Assembly: GCA_963719225.1 (NCBI GenBank)
Contig: CAVRAY010000001.1
Coordinates: forward strand, 1,184,001-1,248,000
Direction: 5' to 3'
Length of the DNA stretch: 64,000 bases
DNA from: Thermoanaerobaculia bacterium
Lineage (GTDB): Bacteria > Acidobacteriota > Thermoanaerobaculia > UBA5066
Shown: in pieces, positions 9,006 through 18,184 of the stretch
Layout: each line of letters begins with the position of its first letter
How positions within the stretch are numbered: position 1 is the first letter of the stretch
Position numbers and translations under genes: made by a program
The notes under the pieces: generated by a model
What the model saw: only the letters and a program-made list of their open reading frames with translations
The model's database searches: none
Told to the model about the DNA's origin: nothing

Positions 9006-12000
9006 CTACAGTTCCGCGGGCGCGGGCGCGAGGGTCTGGTCCGCGGCCGGCTGCGCGCCGGGCTGCTTGCGCAGCCGCCGGACCGCGCGGCCGATCGCCT
9101 GCTGCGCGTCGTCGAAGAGCGAGTAGGCGACGGGCGTCGCGAGGAGCGTGAGGAGGAGCGCGAGCGTCTGGCCGCCCACGATGACCGACCCGATCGCGCG
9201 GTTCGTGCCCGCGCCCGGCCCGGAGGAGACGAGAAGCGGCAGCATGCCGGCCACGAAGGCGAGAGTCGTCATGAGGATGGGGCGGAGGCGCTCGCGGCTC
9301 GCGAGGATGACCGCCGCGTCGCGCTCCATGCCGCGTTCGCGAAGCTGGTTCGCGAACTCGACCTGGAGAATCGAGTTCTTCTTCACGACTCCGAACAAAA
9401 CGAGGATGCCGAGCGACGTGAAGATGTTCAGCGACTGGCCGGCGATGAGAATCGAGAGGAGCGCGAACGGCACCGTGAGCGGAAGAGCGAGGAGGATCGT
9501 GATCGGATGGAGCCAGCTCTCGAACTGGGCCGCGAGGATGAGGTACATGAAGATGAACGACAGCGCGAACGCCAGGAGGAAGTTCTGCGCGGCACGGCCC
9601 TGCTCCTTCGAGCGGCCGATGAAGCGATACGTGAAGGAGGGGTCGAGGTTCATCGCCTTCGCCTCCTTCGCGAGGAGATCGATCGCGACCTGAGACGAGA
9701 AGCCCGGGTTCATGTTCGCGAGGATCGTGACCTGGCGCCGGCGGTTCAGGCGCTTGATCTCCGACGGGCCCGTGCCCGCGCGGAAGGACGTCACGTCCTC
9801 GAGCGGGACCGCACCGAGGCGGTTCGACGGCACGTTGAAGCGGCGGAGGCTCGCCTCGTCGGTGCGGTCGCCCGGCCGGGCGCGGAGGTACACGTCGTAC
9901 TGCTCGCCCCCGTCGTCGAAAGCGGAGACTTTCTCGCCGCCCACGAGGACGCGGAGGGTCTCGGAGACGTCCGCCACCGAGACGCCGAGGTCCGACGCTT
10001 TCGAGCGGGCGACGGTCACGCCGAGCTCGGGCTTGCCGAAGATGAGCGACGAGTCCACGTCCACGATGCCGGGGACCTGCGAGAGCTTCTTCATGAGCGT
10101 GTCGGAGACGGCCGCGAGCCGCGTGAGGTCCGGCCCGTTCACGACGAACATGATCTCGGCGTTCTTCTGCCCGCCCGAGAAGGCGTTCACGTACGACACG
10201 TCCGAGCGCAGCCTGGAGTCCTCGAAGTGCGGGAGGATCTGCTTGCGCACGCGGTCCATGACGGTCGTCTGCGCGTCCTTGCGCCTGTGGACGTCCACGA
10301 GCTTCACGTAGATGCTTCCGACGTTCGGGGTCTTCGCGTCGTCGGCGCCCACCGTCAGAAGCGTGTATTCGACGCCGGCGAGCGCCTTGACCTCCTTGGA
10401 GATGCGGTTCCCGATGAGGGCCGTCGCTTCGAGCGACGTTCCCTCCGGCGCGCGGAAGTTCACCTCGAACTGCGACTCGTCGTCGTAGGGCAGGAAATTC
10501 TTCGGGACGAACTTGAAGAGGACCGGTACGGCGAGAAGGGCGACGACGCACGCGAGGACGACCGCCCAGCGCCGCGCCATGGACCACGTGAGCATCGACG
10601 TGTACGCCCGGTCGATGTGCCGATAGAAGCCTCGCGACTTCGTTGAAGAGCTCTCCGACGACGCGCCGCCCTCGCCCAGGCTCTCTCTCCTTCTAAGCAA
10701 ATCTTCTTTCTTCTCTTCTTTTCTCTTCAACAACCTGGCCGACAACATGGGCGTCAGCGAGAAGGACACGAGGAGCGAGACGAGGATTGCGAAGGCCATC
10801 GTGAGGCCGAACGAGTTCATGAACCGCCCGACGATGCCGCCCATGAAGGCGACGGGAAGGAAGACGGCCACGAGCGAGAGCGTCGTCGCGAGGACGGCGA
10901 GGCCGATCTCCTTCGTCGCGTCGATCGCGGCCTGGAAAGGCATGACCTTCTTCTCCTCGATGAACCGGAAGATGTTCTCGAGAACGACGATGGCGTCGTC
11001 GATGACGATGCCGACGGCGAGCGTGAGCGCGAGGAGCGTCAGGACGTTGAGCGTGAAGCCCATCGCGTACATGAGGGCGTACGTGGAGATGATCGACGTC
11101 GGAATCGCGATCGCCGCGATGAGGGTCGACCGGAGGTTGCCGAGGAAGAGGAGCACGACGAGCGCCGCGAGGAAACCGCCGAGAACGAGGTGCTCCTGGA
11201 CGGTCGAGACGGCGGCCTTGATGAACTGCGACTGGTCGCGGACGATCTCGGTCGTGTAGCCGGCCGGGAGCTGCGGAGCGATCTCGGCGAGGCGGCCCTT
11301 GATCGCATCGATGACCTGGACCGTGTTCGTGCCCGACTGCTTGCGGACCGACAGGACGACCGTGGGAACTCCGTCCTTGCTCGCGGCGCGCTCGGCGTCC
11401 TCTTCGCTGTCCTCCACGGTCGCGACGTCGCCGATCCGCACCGGCAGCCCGCTCCGCTGCGTGATGAAGATCGCCTCGAACTCCTTCGCGTTCGCCACGC
11501 GTCCGTAGACGCGGACGGTCGCCTCGTTCGCGCCGCTCTTGAGCGTGCCGCCCGGGAGCTTCACGTTCTGCGTCTGGAGAGCGCGGCGGACGTCGACGGC
11601 GGAAAGGCCGTAGGCCTTGAGGCGCTCGGTGTCGAGGCGCACGTTGATGCGGCGCGACCGGCCGCCGAGGATCGTGACCTGCCCGACTCCGTTGACGGAC
11701 TCGAGCTGGCGGCGCAGGACCTTGTCGGCGAACTCGGTCGTCTCGCGGAGGGTCCGGTTTCCCGAGAGAGCCACGGAGAGGACCGGCGTGGCGTCGGGAT
11801 CGAGCTTCTCCACGATGGGCTGGTCGATGTCGCGCGGGAGCTCGGCGAGGACGCGGTTCACCTTGTCGCGCACTTCCTGAGCGGCGACGTCGACGTTCTT
11901 CTCGAGGATGAACGTGACGAAGACCTGCGAGATGCCCTCGGCGGAGACCGACTGGAGGTCGTCGATGCCCGCGATCGTGTTGATCGACTCCTCGATCTTG

Positions 12001-12197
12001 TCGGTGACCTCCGTTTCGACCTCCTCCGGAGCCGCTCCGGGAAGGCGGGTGATGACGGCGACCGTGGGGAAGTCGACGCGCGGATACCGGTCCACTCCGA
12101 GGCGCGTGTAGCCGACGCCTCCGACGACGACGAGCGCGATGATGATCACCGACGCGAAAACGGGCCGGCGAACGCAAAGACGGGCGAGTGCCTGCAC
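9006..12197 (-). CDS. RND efflux transporter permease (AcrB/MdtB family)
   Basis: RRPVFA start, GIVIDDAIVVLENI, KNSIL, RLRPILMTT; 1063 aa. Confidence 0.95.
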   Translation of the reverse strand: MQALARLCVRRPVFASVIIIALVVVGGVGYTRLGVDRYPRVDFPTVAVITRLPGAAPEEVETEVTDKIEESINTIAGIDDLQSVSAEGISQVFVTFILEKNVDVAAQEVRDKVNRVLAELPRDIDQPIVEKLDPDATPVLSVALSGNRTLRETTEFADKVLRRQLESVNGVGQVTILGGRSRRINVRLDTERLKAYGLSAVDVRRALQTQNVKLPGGTLKSGANEATVRVYGRVANAKEFEAIFITQRSGLPVRIGDVATVEDSEEDAERAASKDGVPTVVLSVRKQSGTNTVQVIDAIKGRLAEIAPQLPAGYTTEIVRDQSQFIKAAVSTVQEHLVLGGFLAALVVLLFLGNLRSTLIAAIAIPTSIISTYALMYAMGFTLNVLTLLALTLAVGIVIDDAIVVLENIFRFIEEKKVMPFQAAIDATKEIGLAVLATTLSLVAVFLPVAFMGGIVGRFMNSFGLTMAFAILVSLLVSFSLTPMLSARLLKRKEEKKEDLLRRRESLGEGGASSESSSTKSRGFYRHIDRAYTSMLTWSMARRWAVVLACVVALLAVPVLFKFVPKNFLPYDDESQFEVNFRAPEGTSLEATALIGNRISKEVKALAGVEYTLLTVGADDAKTPNVGSIYVKLVDVHRRKDAQTTVMDRVRKQILPHFEDSRLRSDVSYVNAFSGGQKNAEIMFVVNGPDLTRLAAVSDTLMKKLSQVPGIVDVDSSLIFGKPELGVTVARSKASDLGVSVADVSETLRVLVGGEKVSAFDDGGEQYDVYLRARPGDRTDEASLRRFNVPSNRLGAVPLEDVTSFRAGTGPSEIKRLNRRRQVTILANMNPGFSSQVAIDLLAKEAKAMNLDPSFTYRFIGRSKEQGRAAQNFLLAFALSFIFMYLILAAQFESWLHPITILLALPLTVPFALLSILIAGQSLNIFTSLGILVLFGVVKKNSILQVEFANQLRERGMERDAAVILASRERLRPILMTTLAFVAGMLPLLVSSGPGAGTNRAIGSVIVGGQTLALLLTLLATPVAYSLFDDAQQAIGRAVRRLRKQPGAQPAADQTLAPAPAEL
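10683..10707 (+). repeat. Dispersed CTAAG motif copy (antisense in RND gene, EDLLRRRES)
   Basis: ctctctcctt-CTAAG-caaatcttct. Confidence 0.8.
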
Positions 12198-12220
12198 GGT
12201 TTGGTCTCCTTATTCGCCGG

Positions 12221-13276
12221 TCAGTTGGCGCGCTGGATCTCGAGGCCGTCCACGAGACGGCGGTCGGGGCCGACGGCGACACGTTCGCCCGCCGTGAGGC
12301 CGGACCGCACCTCCAGGGAGTCTCCGTGGCGGTCTCCGATCGAGACGATGCGCTCGACCACGCGCGTCTGCCCGAGCACGAAGACGCGCGAGACGCCCGA
12401 ATCCGTGACGACGGCGGCCGCCGGCACGAGCAGCGTCTTTTCGCTCTTGGGGAGGGAGACCCGCGCCGTCACGAAGAGGCCCGGCTTCAGGACGTGGCGG
12501 GGATTCGGGACCATGGCCTCCACGACGAGCGTGCGCGCTTCCGACCGCAGGGACGGGCCGATGTAGCGGACCGTCGCGTCGAACGTGCGGTCCGGAAACG
12601 ACTGGACGGCGAGCGAGGCCTTCTGGCCGACCTGAATGGCCGACACGGCGGCCTCCGGGATCGCGAGCTCGGCCCGGAGGGGATCGATCTTCACGAGGCC
12701 GCAAATCGCCGAGCCCTTCCGGATGTAGGCGCCTGCCGAGATCTTCTTCTCGGTCACCACGCCCGAGAAGGGCGCGCGAATCGTGCAGTCGGCATGGCTC
12801 TTCTCGGCGAGCGCGACGGACGCCGCCGCGAGATCGAGGTCCGTAGCCTTGCGCTGGTCCTCGGCGCGGGCGACGACCTGTCTCTTGCGAAGCTCGGCAT
12901 AGCGCTCGACTTCGGCCTTCGCCCACGCGAGGTTCGCGCGTGCCTGGTCGAGCTGCGCCCTGGCCTCCCGGTCGTCGAGCGTCGCGAGGATGGCGCCCTT
13001 TTCCACGAAGGTTCCGCGCTCGACGCGCACGCTCACGACTTGCCCGTCGCGTTCGGAAGCGACGTCGGCGGACTCGTCGGCGGTGAGAGCGCCCGTCACC
13101 TCGAGGACGAGCGGCAGGACCCTGCTCTCGACCGGCGCGCCGTGCACGAGGATGGGCGCGGGCGTCGGGCCCGCCGCCGCGGCATGGGAGCCCGCGCCGC
13201 GCGAACAGCCCCAGACCGCGATCGTGCCGAGTGCCGCCGCGAGAATCGAGGCGAGGTTCAACCGGGTCATCGTCAC
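12221..13276 (-). CDS. RND periplasmic adaptor (MFP), lipoprotein
   Basis: VWGC lipobox; IRAPFSGVV, LKPGLFV, LLVP..AV. Confidence 0.92.
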   Translation of the reverse strand: MTMTRLNLASILAAALGTIAVWGCSRGAGSHAAAAGPTPAPILVHGAPVESRVLPLVLEVTGALTADESADVASERDGQVVSVRVERGTFVEKGAILATLDDREARAQLDQARANLAWAKAEVERYAELRKRQVVARAEDQRKATDLDLAAASVALAEKSHADCTIRAPFSGVVTEKKISAGAYIRKGSAICGLVKIDPLRAELAIPEAAVSAIQVGQKASLAVQSFPDRTFDATVRYIGPSLRSEARTLVVEAMVPNPRHVLKPGLFVTARVSLPKSEKTLLVPAAAVVTDSGVSRVFVLGQTRVVERIVSIGDRHGDSLEVRSGLTAGERVAVGPDRRLVDGLEIQRAN

Positions 13277-14937
13277 TTTCCCCCTTCGGCCTTCACCGCC
13301 GCCGCGTCGTCCCGGATCTCGATGCGTCGCTCGTCGAGAAGCGTTCCTTGCGCGCGGGCGAAGTCGGTCAGCGCCTTGCGATAGTCGGTGAGCGCGGCCG
13401 TCTCGGTGAGTACGGCCTGCGCGAGGTCGTTCTGGCGCGTGAGAACGAAGAAGTTCGTCGAGAGACCGACGCCGTAGCGTTCCTTCTCCGCGCGGAGCTG
13501 CGTCTCGGCCGCGGCGCGTCCGGCCTTCGCCGCGTCGATGCGCTGCGCGGCCGTGTCGAGGGTGAGGACCGCGTTCCGCACCTCGACCGCGACGCGCTGT
13601 TTCTGCTGCGTGACGAGGATCTCGGCCTGGCTCCTCTGCGCTTTCGCGATCGCGACGTCTCCCCGGGCCGCGCGGTTGCCGACGGGGACCGCGAGTGAGA
13701 GCCCGATCGATGCGTCGGGAAAACGCCCCTCGCCGATCGTCCCGACGGAGCGGCCGAAATCACCGGCCAACGCGTCCGGCACGACGGCCGGCCCACCCAG
13801 GAAGCCCGCCTCGGAGGCATTCGGATTGAGGCTGCCCGCGAGCCCGCGGCGGGCGTAGCCGGCCACGAGATCGAGCTGCGGTTTTAGCCGGTCCTTCGCG
13901 AAGTCCACGTCCACGTCGCGCTCGGCGAGCGCGCTCTTCGCTTCGGCGAGCTCGGGCCGGTTGCTCTCGGCCCGGGAGATTGCCTCGCCGAGGTCTATCT
14001 GAACGACCGAGGTCTCGGGCGCGTCCACCGGCTCGAGCGTCTGGTTCCAGAGAGGATCTCCGCTGTCCTTCAGGAGGAGAAGCTTGAGAGCGAGCTCGGC
14101 GCGGCGCATCTGCTCCTGCGAGGCGTACAGGTCGCCCTTCCGCCGCTCGAGCTCCGCGACGGGTTGCGCGATGTCCGTCTCCGGGAGCGCGCCGACGTCG
14201 ATCCTCGACTTCGTATCCTCGCGTTGCTCGGACGCGAGCCCCACGCTCGACGCGCGCACCTGGACGTCACGCCGCGCCGCGACGAGGTTCCAGTACGCCC
14301 GTTCCACGGTCGAGACGGTATCCGCGACGGTTCGCTTCAGAGAGGCCGTGGTGCGGGCCTTGTCGAGGCGCGCGATCCGGATCGCGCGGCGCGCGGGATC
14401 GATCGAGAGGTTCTGAAGGAGCGGCTGGCGAAGGTCCACGCCCACCGACGTGCCGTACGCGGGAGTGAGCAGGGCGAAGAAGTTGTTCGTGAGGTCTCGT
14501 GCAGCCGACGCTGAGAGACTCACGGTTCCGCCCGTCGGCAGGAGGGCGCCGATCGAAGCGGCTCCTGAATACCCCTCGTTCGAGGGTGCGAGCTCCCCCG
14601 CCGGCGCGCCGGAAAGAAGGGAATTCGCCGGGTCCGTGTGCTTGCGATATCGCGCGTCCAGGCGGAACGTGGGGTCGTAGGGCGCACCCGCCCTGAGGAG
14701 AGACGCGTCCGCGATGCGGAACGATTCGCGCTCGATGGCGATGTCGTTGTTGTTCGCCAGCGCGCGCGCCGTCGCGTCGGCGAGCGAGAGCGGGACGCCG
14801 GCCGGAGCCGCCGGCACGGGCGGGGCGGGAGGCTTCTGGACCGGAGCAGAAGGCTTCTGGAGGGGAGCGGGGGATTCCTGCGCCGGCATCGGAAACGCGA
14901 CGAAAAGCACAGCGAGGAGGACAGCCTTGCCGATCAC
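13273..14937 (-). CDS. TolC-family outer-membrane efflux protein
   Basis: Signal peptide; LSLADA...ALANN; two OEP repeats; QPLL motif. Confidence 0.92.
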   Translation of the reverse strand: MIGKAVLLAVLFVAFPMPAQESPAPLQKPSAPVQKPPAPPVPAAPAGVPLSLADATARALANNNDIAIERESFRIADASLLRAGAPYDPTFRLDARYRKHTDPANSLLSGAPAGELAPSNEGYSGAASIGALLPTGGTVSLSASAARDLTNNFFALLTPAYGTSVGVDLRQPLLQNLSIDPARRAIRIARLDKARTTASLKRTVADTVSTVERAYWNLVAARRDVQVRASSVGLASEQREDTKSRIDVGALPETDIAQPVAELERRKGDLYASQEQMRRAELALKLLLLKDSGDPLWNQTLEPVDAPETSVVQIDLGEAISRAESNRPELAEAKSALAERDVDVDFAKDRLKPQLDLVAGYARRGLAGSLNPNASEAGFLGGPAVVPDALAGDFGRSVGTIGEGRFPDASIGLSLAVPVGNRAARGDVAIAKAQRSQAEILVTQQKQRVAVEVRNAVLTLDTAAQRIDAAKAGRAAAETQLRAEKERYGVGLSTNFFVLTRQNDLAQAVLTETAALTDYRKALTDFARAQGTLLDERRIEIRDDAAAVKAEGGK

Positions 14938-15200
14938 GAGGGTCTCCTTTCATCGTCGGGGCGCGCGTCCGGGTTCGGGCGGAGGCTCGCTTTCTGGAGA
15001 CGGGGATCGATCGTCTCGGCGAGCCGCTCGAAGAGCGCGCATTTCGTCGCGAGGAGCGCTTCACGTTCCGCCTTCGTCAGCTCCACGCCGCATGCGGCCA
15101 GCTTGGCGAGCGTCGCCAGGGGATCCCTGCGGAATTCCCGCCGAAGCTCCTCGTCCGTCGCGAGTCTCCCGAATATCAGTTCCACGCATTTCTGAGACAT
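14934..15200 (-). CDS. Os1348-family / NHLP-clan small protein (nitrile-hydratase-leader-like)
   Basis: MSQKCVELIFGRLATDEELRREFRRDP...GVELTKAEREAL resembles the NHLP leader fold; GTGA overlap with tolC; GGGAGA RBS. Confidence 0.75.
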   Translation of the reverse strand: MSQKCVELIFGRLATDEELRREFRRDPLATLAKLAACGVELTKAEREALLATKCALFERLAETIDPRLQKASLRPNPDARPDDERRPS

Positions 15201-15226
15201 GGCGGCCAGATCTCCCGCGAGCGCAG

Positions 15227-15242
15227 TTCATACGCCGTGCCA
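15227..15242 (-). promoter_or_regulatory. Possible sigma-54 (-24/-12) promoter of the NHLP-tolC operon
   Basis: minus strand TGGCACGGCGTATGAA: perfect -24 TGGCACG, imperfect -12 (TGA rather than TGC). Confidence 0.4.
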
Positions 15243-15378
15243 TCGATGTGGACTTTCGTCAGCCCTGGAGGAAGTGTTTCTGAGAAGGGAGTTTAGAAGC
15301 GGGCGGGGGCGGCGCCGGAAGGTGCGGCGTGGCTCGATTCGATGCTGATTTATCGACACGTTGAACCCTCGCGTTCCC

Positions 15379-15403
15379 TCTTCCCCTTCTAAGAAGAATC
15401 CAC
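15379..15403 (+). repeat. Dispersed CTAAG motif copy (intergenic)
   Basis: tcttcccctt-CTAAG-aagaatccac; degenerate inverted partner (CTCAG core) at 15280. Confidence 0.8.
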
Positions 15404-15455
15404 CATGACCGACGCTCCGCCAATGCATGAAGCGCACGGGAGCAAGAATCTCTCC

Positions 15456-15749
15456 TCATTCCCCCGCGAGTCGGTTCATTTCCGCCGCGAGTCGGAAGTC
15501 GAGCTCCGTGAGGCCGCCGGCGTCGTGCGTCGAGAGAGCGACCGTGACGCGGTTCCACACGTTCGACCAATCGGGATGATGGTCCAGCTTCTCGGCCGCG
15601 AGCGCGGCGCGCGCCATGAAGCCGAAGGCCTCCGAGAAGTCGCGGAACGTGAACGTGCGGTGGAGCTGTTCTTCCCGGCGTGTCCAGCCGGGGATGTCGG
15701 AGAGCCGCGTGTCGGCATCGGCTGCGGAGAGTTTCGCGGGGCGCGTCAT
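15456..15749 (-). CDS. phhB: Pterin-4-alpha-carbinolamine dehydratase
   Basis: F.F.DFSEAFGFM, AEKLDHHPDWSNVWNRV.V.LSTHDAGGLTELD. Confidence 0.93.
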   Translation of the reverse strand: MTRPAKLSAADADTRLSDIPGWTRREEQLHRTFTFRDFSEAFGFMARAALAAEKLDHHPDWSNVWNRVTVALSTHDAGGLTELDFRLAAEMNRLAGE

Positions 15750-15797
15750 GGCCGCATTCTGCCTCGTATCATGCGGGTCGGGCGCCGGAGGATCTGA

Positions 15798-16940
15798 ATG
15801 CGCACAGCTCGAACGATCGGCTTTCTCGTTCTCGCCCTCGCGGGCGCGACACTCGTCTGGCTGGGAGCAGGCACGGTCCGGGCCTCGCGGCGCGAGCGCG
15901 CGGCCGAGGCGGCCTGGGCCGATTCGTTCGGACCTCTCGGGGAGATCACGGCGAAGTTCCCGGCACATCCCACGAACGCCGCGGCGCGCGCCGTCGAGGA
16001 ATCGGCCGGGAGACTCGGCATCGAGCTTCGTCCGCGCGGGGAGATGCCGCCGGATGACGAACCGGGCAAGAGGAAGAAAACGGATCTGAGCGACGTCCGC
16101 GTGCCGCTCGAACGATGGGTGGACCACGAAGCCGCGAAACCCGAGGGCCTGCCGGACGCTCCGCCCGCGGCGGTCGCGGCCTATTTCGTTTCCCACGCGG
16201 CCACGCTCGACGCACTCGAGAAGAGCCTTCTCGCGGGCCCCGCTCCGGACTGGGCCGTCGATCTCACGAAGCTTCACGCCGCGCCCGTTCCGAATGTCCT
16301 CGGTCACATGCAGCTCACGCGTGTTCTCGTCGGTCGAGCCGAGGCGAGGGCGGCGGCCAGGGACAAACGCACGGACGAATCCCTCCGCGCCGCCTTTGCC
16401 TTCACGGGCTCCCTGCGCAGCCGTCCCGAGGTCGTGAGCCAGGTCGTCTCGGCGGCTGCGACGCGCCTCGAGCTCGGGGCCATCCGGCGGATTCCGGTCG
16501 ACGCCGCCGCCTGGCGCGAACGGCTGAAAACGCTCGACCCGCGCGCGGGTCTCCTCGTGTCCCTTCGGCGCGAGGCGTGGATGGAGTACGAGGCCGCGAA
16601 AGGGCTCCTGAGGGAGAAGCTCCGCGCCGGCCCGCTTTCCGGACGTCTCGCGGCGCTCTTCGGCGCCTGGCAGGAGCGGATCGAAGCCGCCGCGGTCCTC
16701 GACGCGTGGCGGGCCACGATCGACGCCGCGTCCAAGAGCCCGGTTTCGGACGCCGAACCACGCTTTCTCGGCGAGACCTTCCAGAAGGCCCTCAGCGAGG
16801 GCGGGGTCAAGAAACCTCTCGCGGTCCCGAACCTCATCGAGTCCTGGCGCCGCGCGAACGTCGCGGCCCTCGACATCCGGAAGACGGACGAGCTTCTCGC
16901 GGCACGGGAAGCGAAGCCGCAACCGACCAAAAAACTTTGA
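15798..16940 (+). CDS. Hypothetical protein with N-terminal membrane anchor (tandem paralog 1)
   Basis: GGAGG RBS; single N-terminal TM; aligns by eye with the next ORF. Confidence 0.75.
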   Translation: MRTARTIGFLVLALAGATLVWLGAGTVRASRRERAAEAAWADSFGPLGEITAKFPAHPTNAAARAVEESAGRLGIELRPRGEMPPDDEPGKRKKTDLSDVRVPLERWVDHEAAKPEGLPDAPPAAVAAYFVSHAATLDALEKSLLAGPAPDWAVDLTKLHAAPVPNVLGHMQLTRVLVGRAEARAAARDKRTDESLRAAFAFTGSLRSRPEVVSQVVSAAATRLELGAIRRIPVDAAAWRERLKTLDPRAGLLVSLRREAWMEYEAAKGLLREKLRAGPLSGRLAALFGAWQERIEAAAVLDAWRATIDAASKSPVSDAEPRFLGETFQKALSEGGVKKPLAVPNLIESWRRANVAALDIRKTDELLAAREAKPQPTKKL

Positions 16941-18151
16941 GCCGTCGCCGAGCCGTCGTCCTGTCTTTCGGGGCGCTGTTCCTGCTGGCGGTCGTGTGGG
17001 TCGTCGGAGGAAACGCGTGGGCGGCCCGAAAGGAGGAGCAGTGCGACCGCTCCTGGACCGCAACGTTCGGCAGCCTCGATGATTTGAAGAAAAAGTATCC
17101 GAAGCGCGAGACGAACGAGACAGCGAAGAGGCTGGAAGTGCTCTCGAAGGATCTTGGGTTCGATCTCGCTCCGCGGGAGCCCGGGAGCGAGCCGCGCCAC
17201 CTCACGGCCGCCGAAGAGAAGAGAGGCCAGTCCATCTACGATTACACCTCGGCACAGATCTCCAGGCCCGAGACCTCGCTCGATGCGCCGCCCGAAGAGA
17301 TCGGCCGATTCTTCGAAGAGAAGAGCGTCGGCCTCGACGCGATCGAATTGCTTCTTGTCGCTGGACCGTCTCCGCAGTGGTCTTTCGATCTTTCCTCTTC
17401 AGAGAATGATCGAATACCAAACGGACTCGGACAGATCCGCCTTCAAAGAGTCCTGATGGCACGGTCGCTGGCGGCCGCATGCGGCGGCCGAAATGAGGCT
17501 GCGGCGCGCTCTCTCGAGGCTTCGTGGAATCTCAACGAATCGCTCCGAGGGCGGCCGGAAATGATGCCGTTACTTATGGGGATGGCAATCGCAGGGCTCG
17601 AGGTCGGAGTGCTCCGAAAGGTGGATGTCGAAGAAGATCTCTGGAGAAAGCGGCTGGCGGCGCTCGATCCGAGGGACTCTCTTTTCGATTCGCTCGTGCT
17701 CGAGTACCGGCCGGGGTCGGCGAGGAACTTCTTTAGGCATCCTTTGTCGAGCGGCGACGAGCCGTCGTGGTATCAGCGACTCCGGGATTTTTTCTTGCGC
17801 CCGACATATCGGCTCATGATGGTCGATTACTCCAATATCCGAGACGCCGCGCACATCATCCTGGCCATCTCGATGCCGAACACCAGAAACGCCTTCCTTC
17901 GTGCCGATCGGCTCGTCGTCGACGCGGAGCTGACGTCGAAGATTCTCGAAGCCAAGCAGCTCAGGAAAGAGAACGGCGGACGGTGGCCGGGGGCGATTCC
18001 CGGGATCGATGCGTCACGTTATCCGGGCGCGTCCTGGCGCTACGAGGTCTCGCCCGATGCCCGCCGGATGTCGATTGCGTTCAGCCGCGAGCTGGTGTCC
18101 CCCTTCCCGCCGGATACAAAACTTCTTCCTCTCCGCTTCTCCTCGAACTGA
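16937..18151 (+). CDS. Hypothetical protein with N-terminal membrane anchor (tandem paralog 2)
   Basis: TTG start overlapping previous TGA; WTATFGSL...YPKRETNETA..LE..LGFDLAPR matches WADSFGPL...FPAHPTNAAA..VE..LGIELRPR. Confidence 0.7.
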   Translation: MSRRRAVVLSFGALFLLAVVWVVGGNAWAARKEEQCDRSWTATFGSLDDLKKKYPKRETNETAKRLEVLSKDLGFDLAPREPGSEPRHLTAAEEKRGQSIYDYTSAQISRPETSLDAPPEEIGRFFEEKSVGLDAIELLLVAGPSPQWSFDLSSSENDRIPNGLGQIRLQRVLMARSLAAACGGRNEAAARSLEASWNLNESLRGRPEMMPLLMGMAIAGLEVGVLRKVDVEEDLWRKRLAALDPRDSLFDSLVLEYRPGSARNFFRHPLSSGDEPSWYQRLRDFFLRPTYRLMMVDYSNIRDAAHIILAISMPNTRNAFLRADRLVVDAELTSKILEAKQLRKENGGRWPGAIPGIDASRYPGASWRYEVSPDARRMSIAFSRELVSPFPPDTKLLPLRFSSN

Positions 18152-18184
18152 CGTCTCTGCCCTCTTACTCGTAGAATCCCCTCG

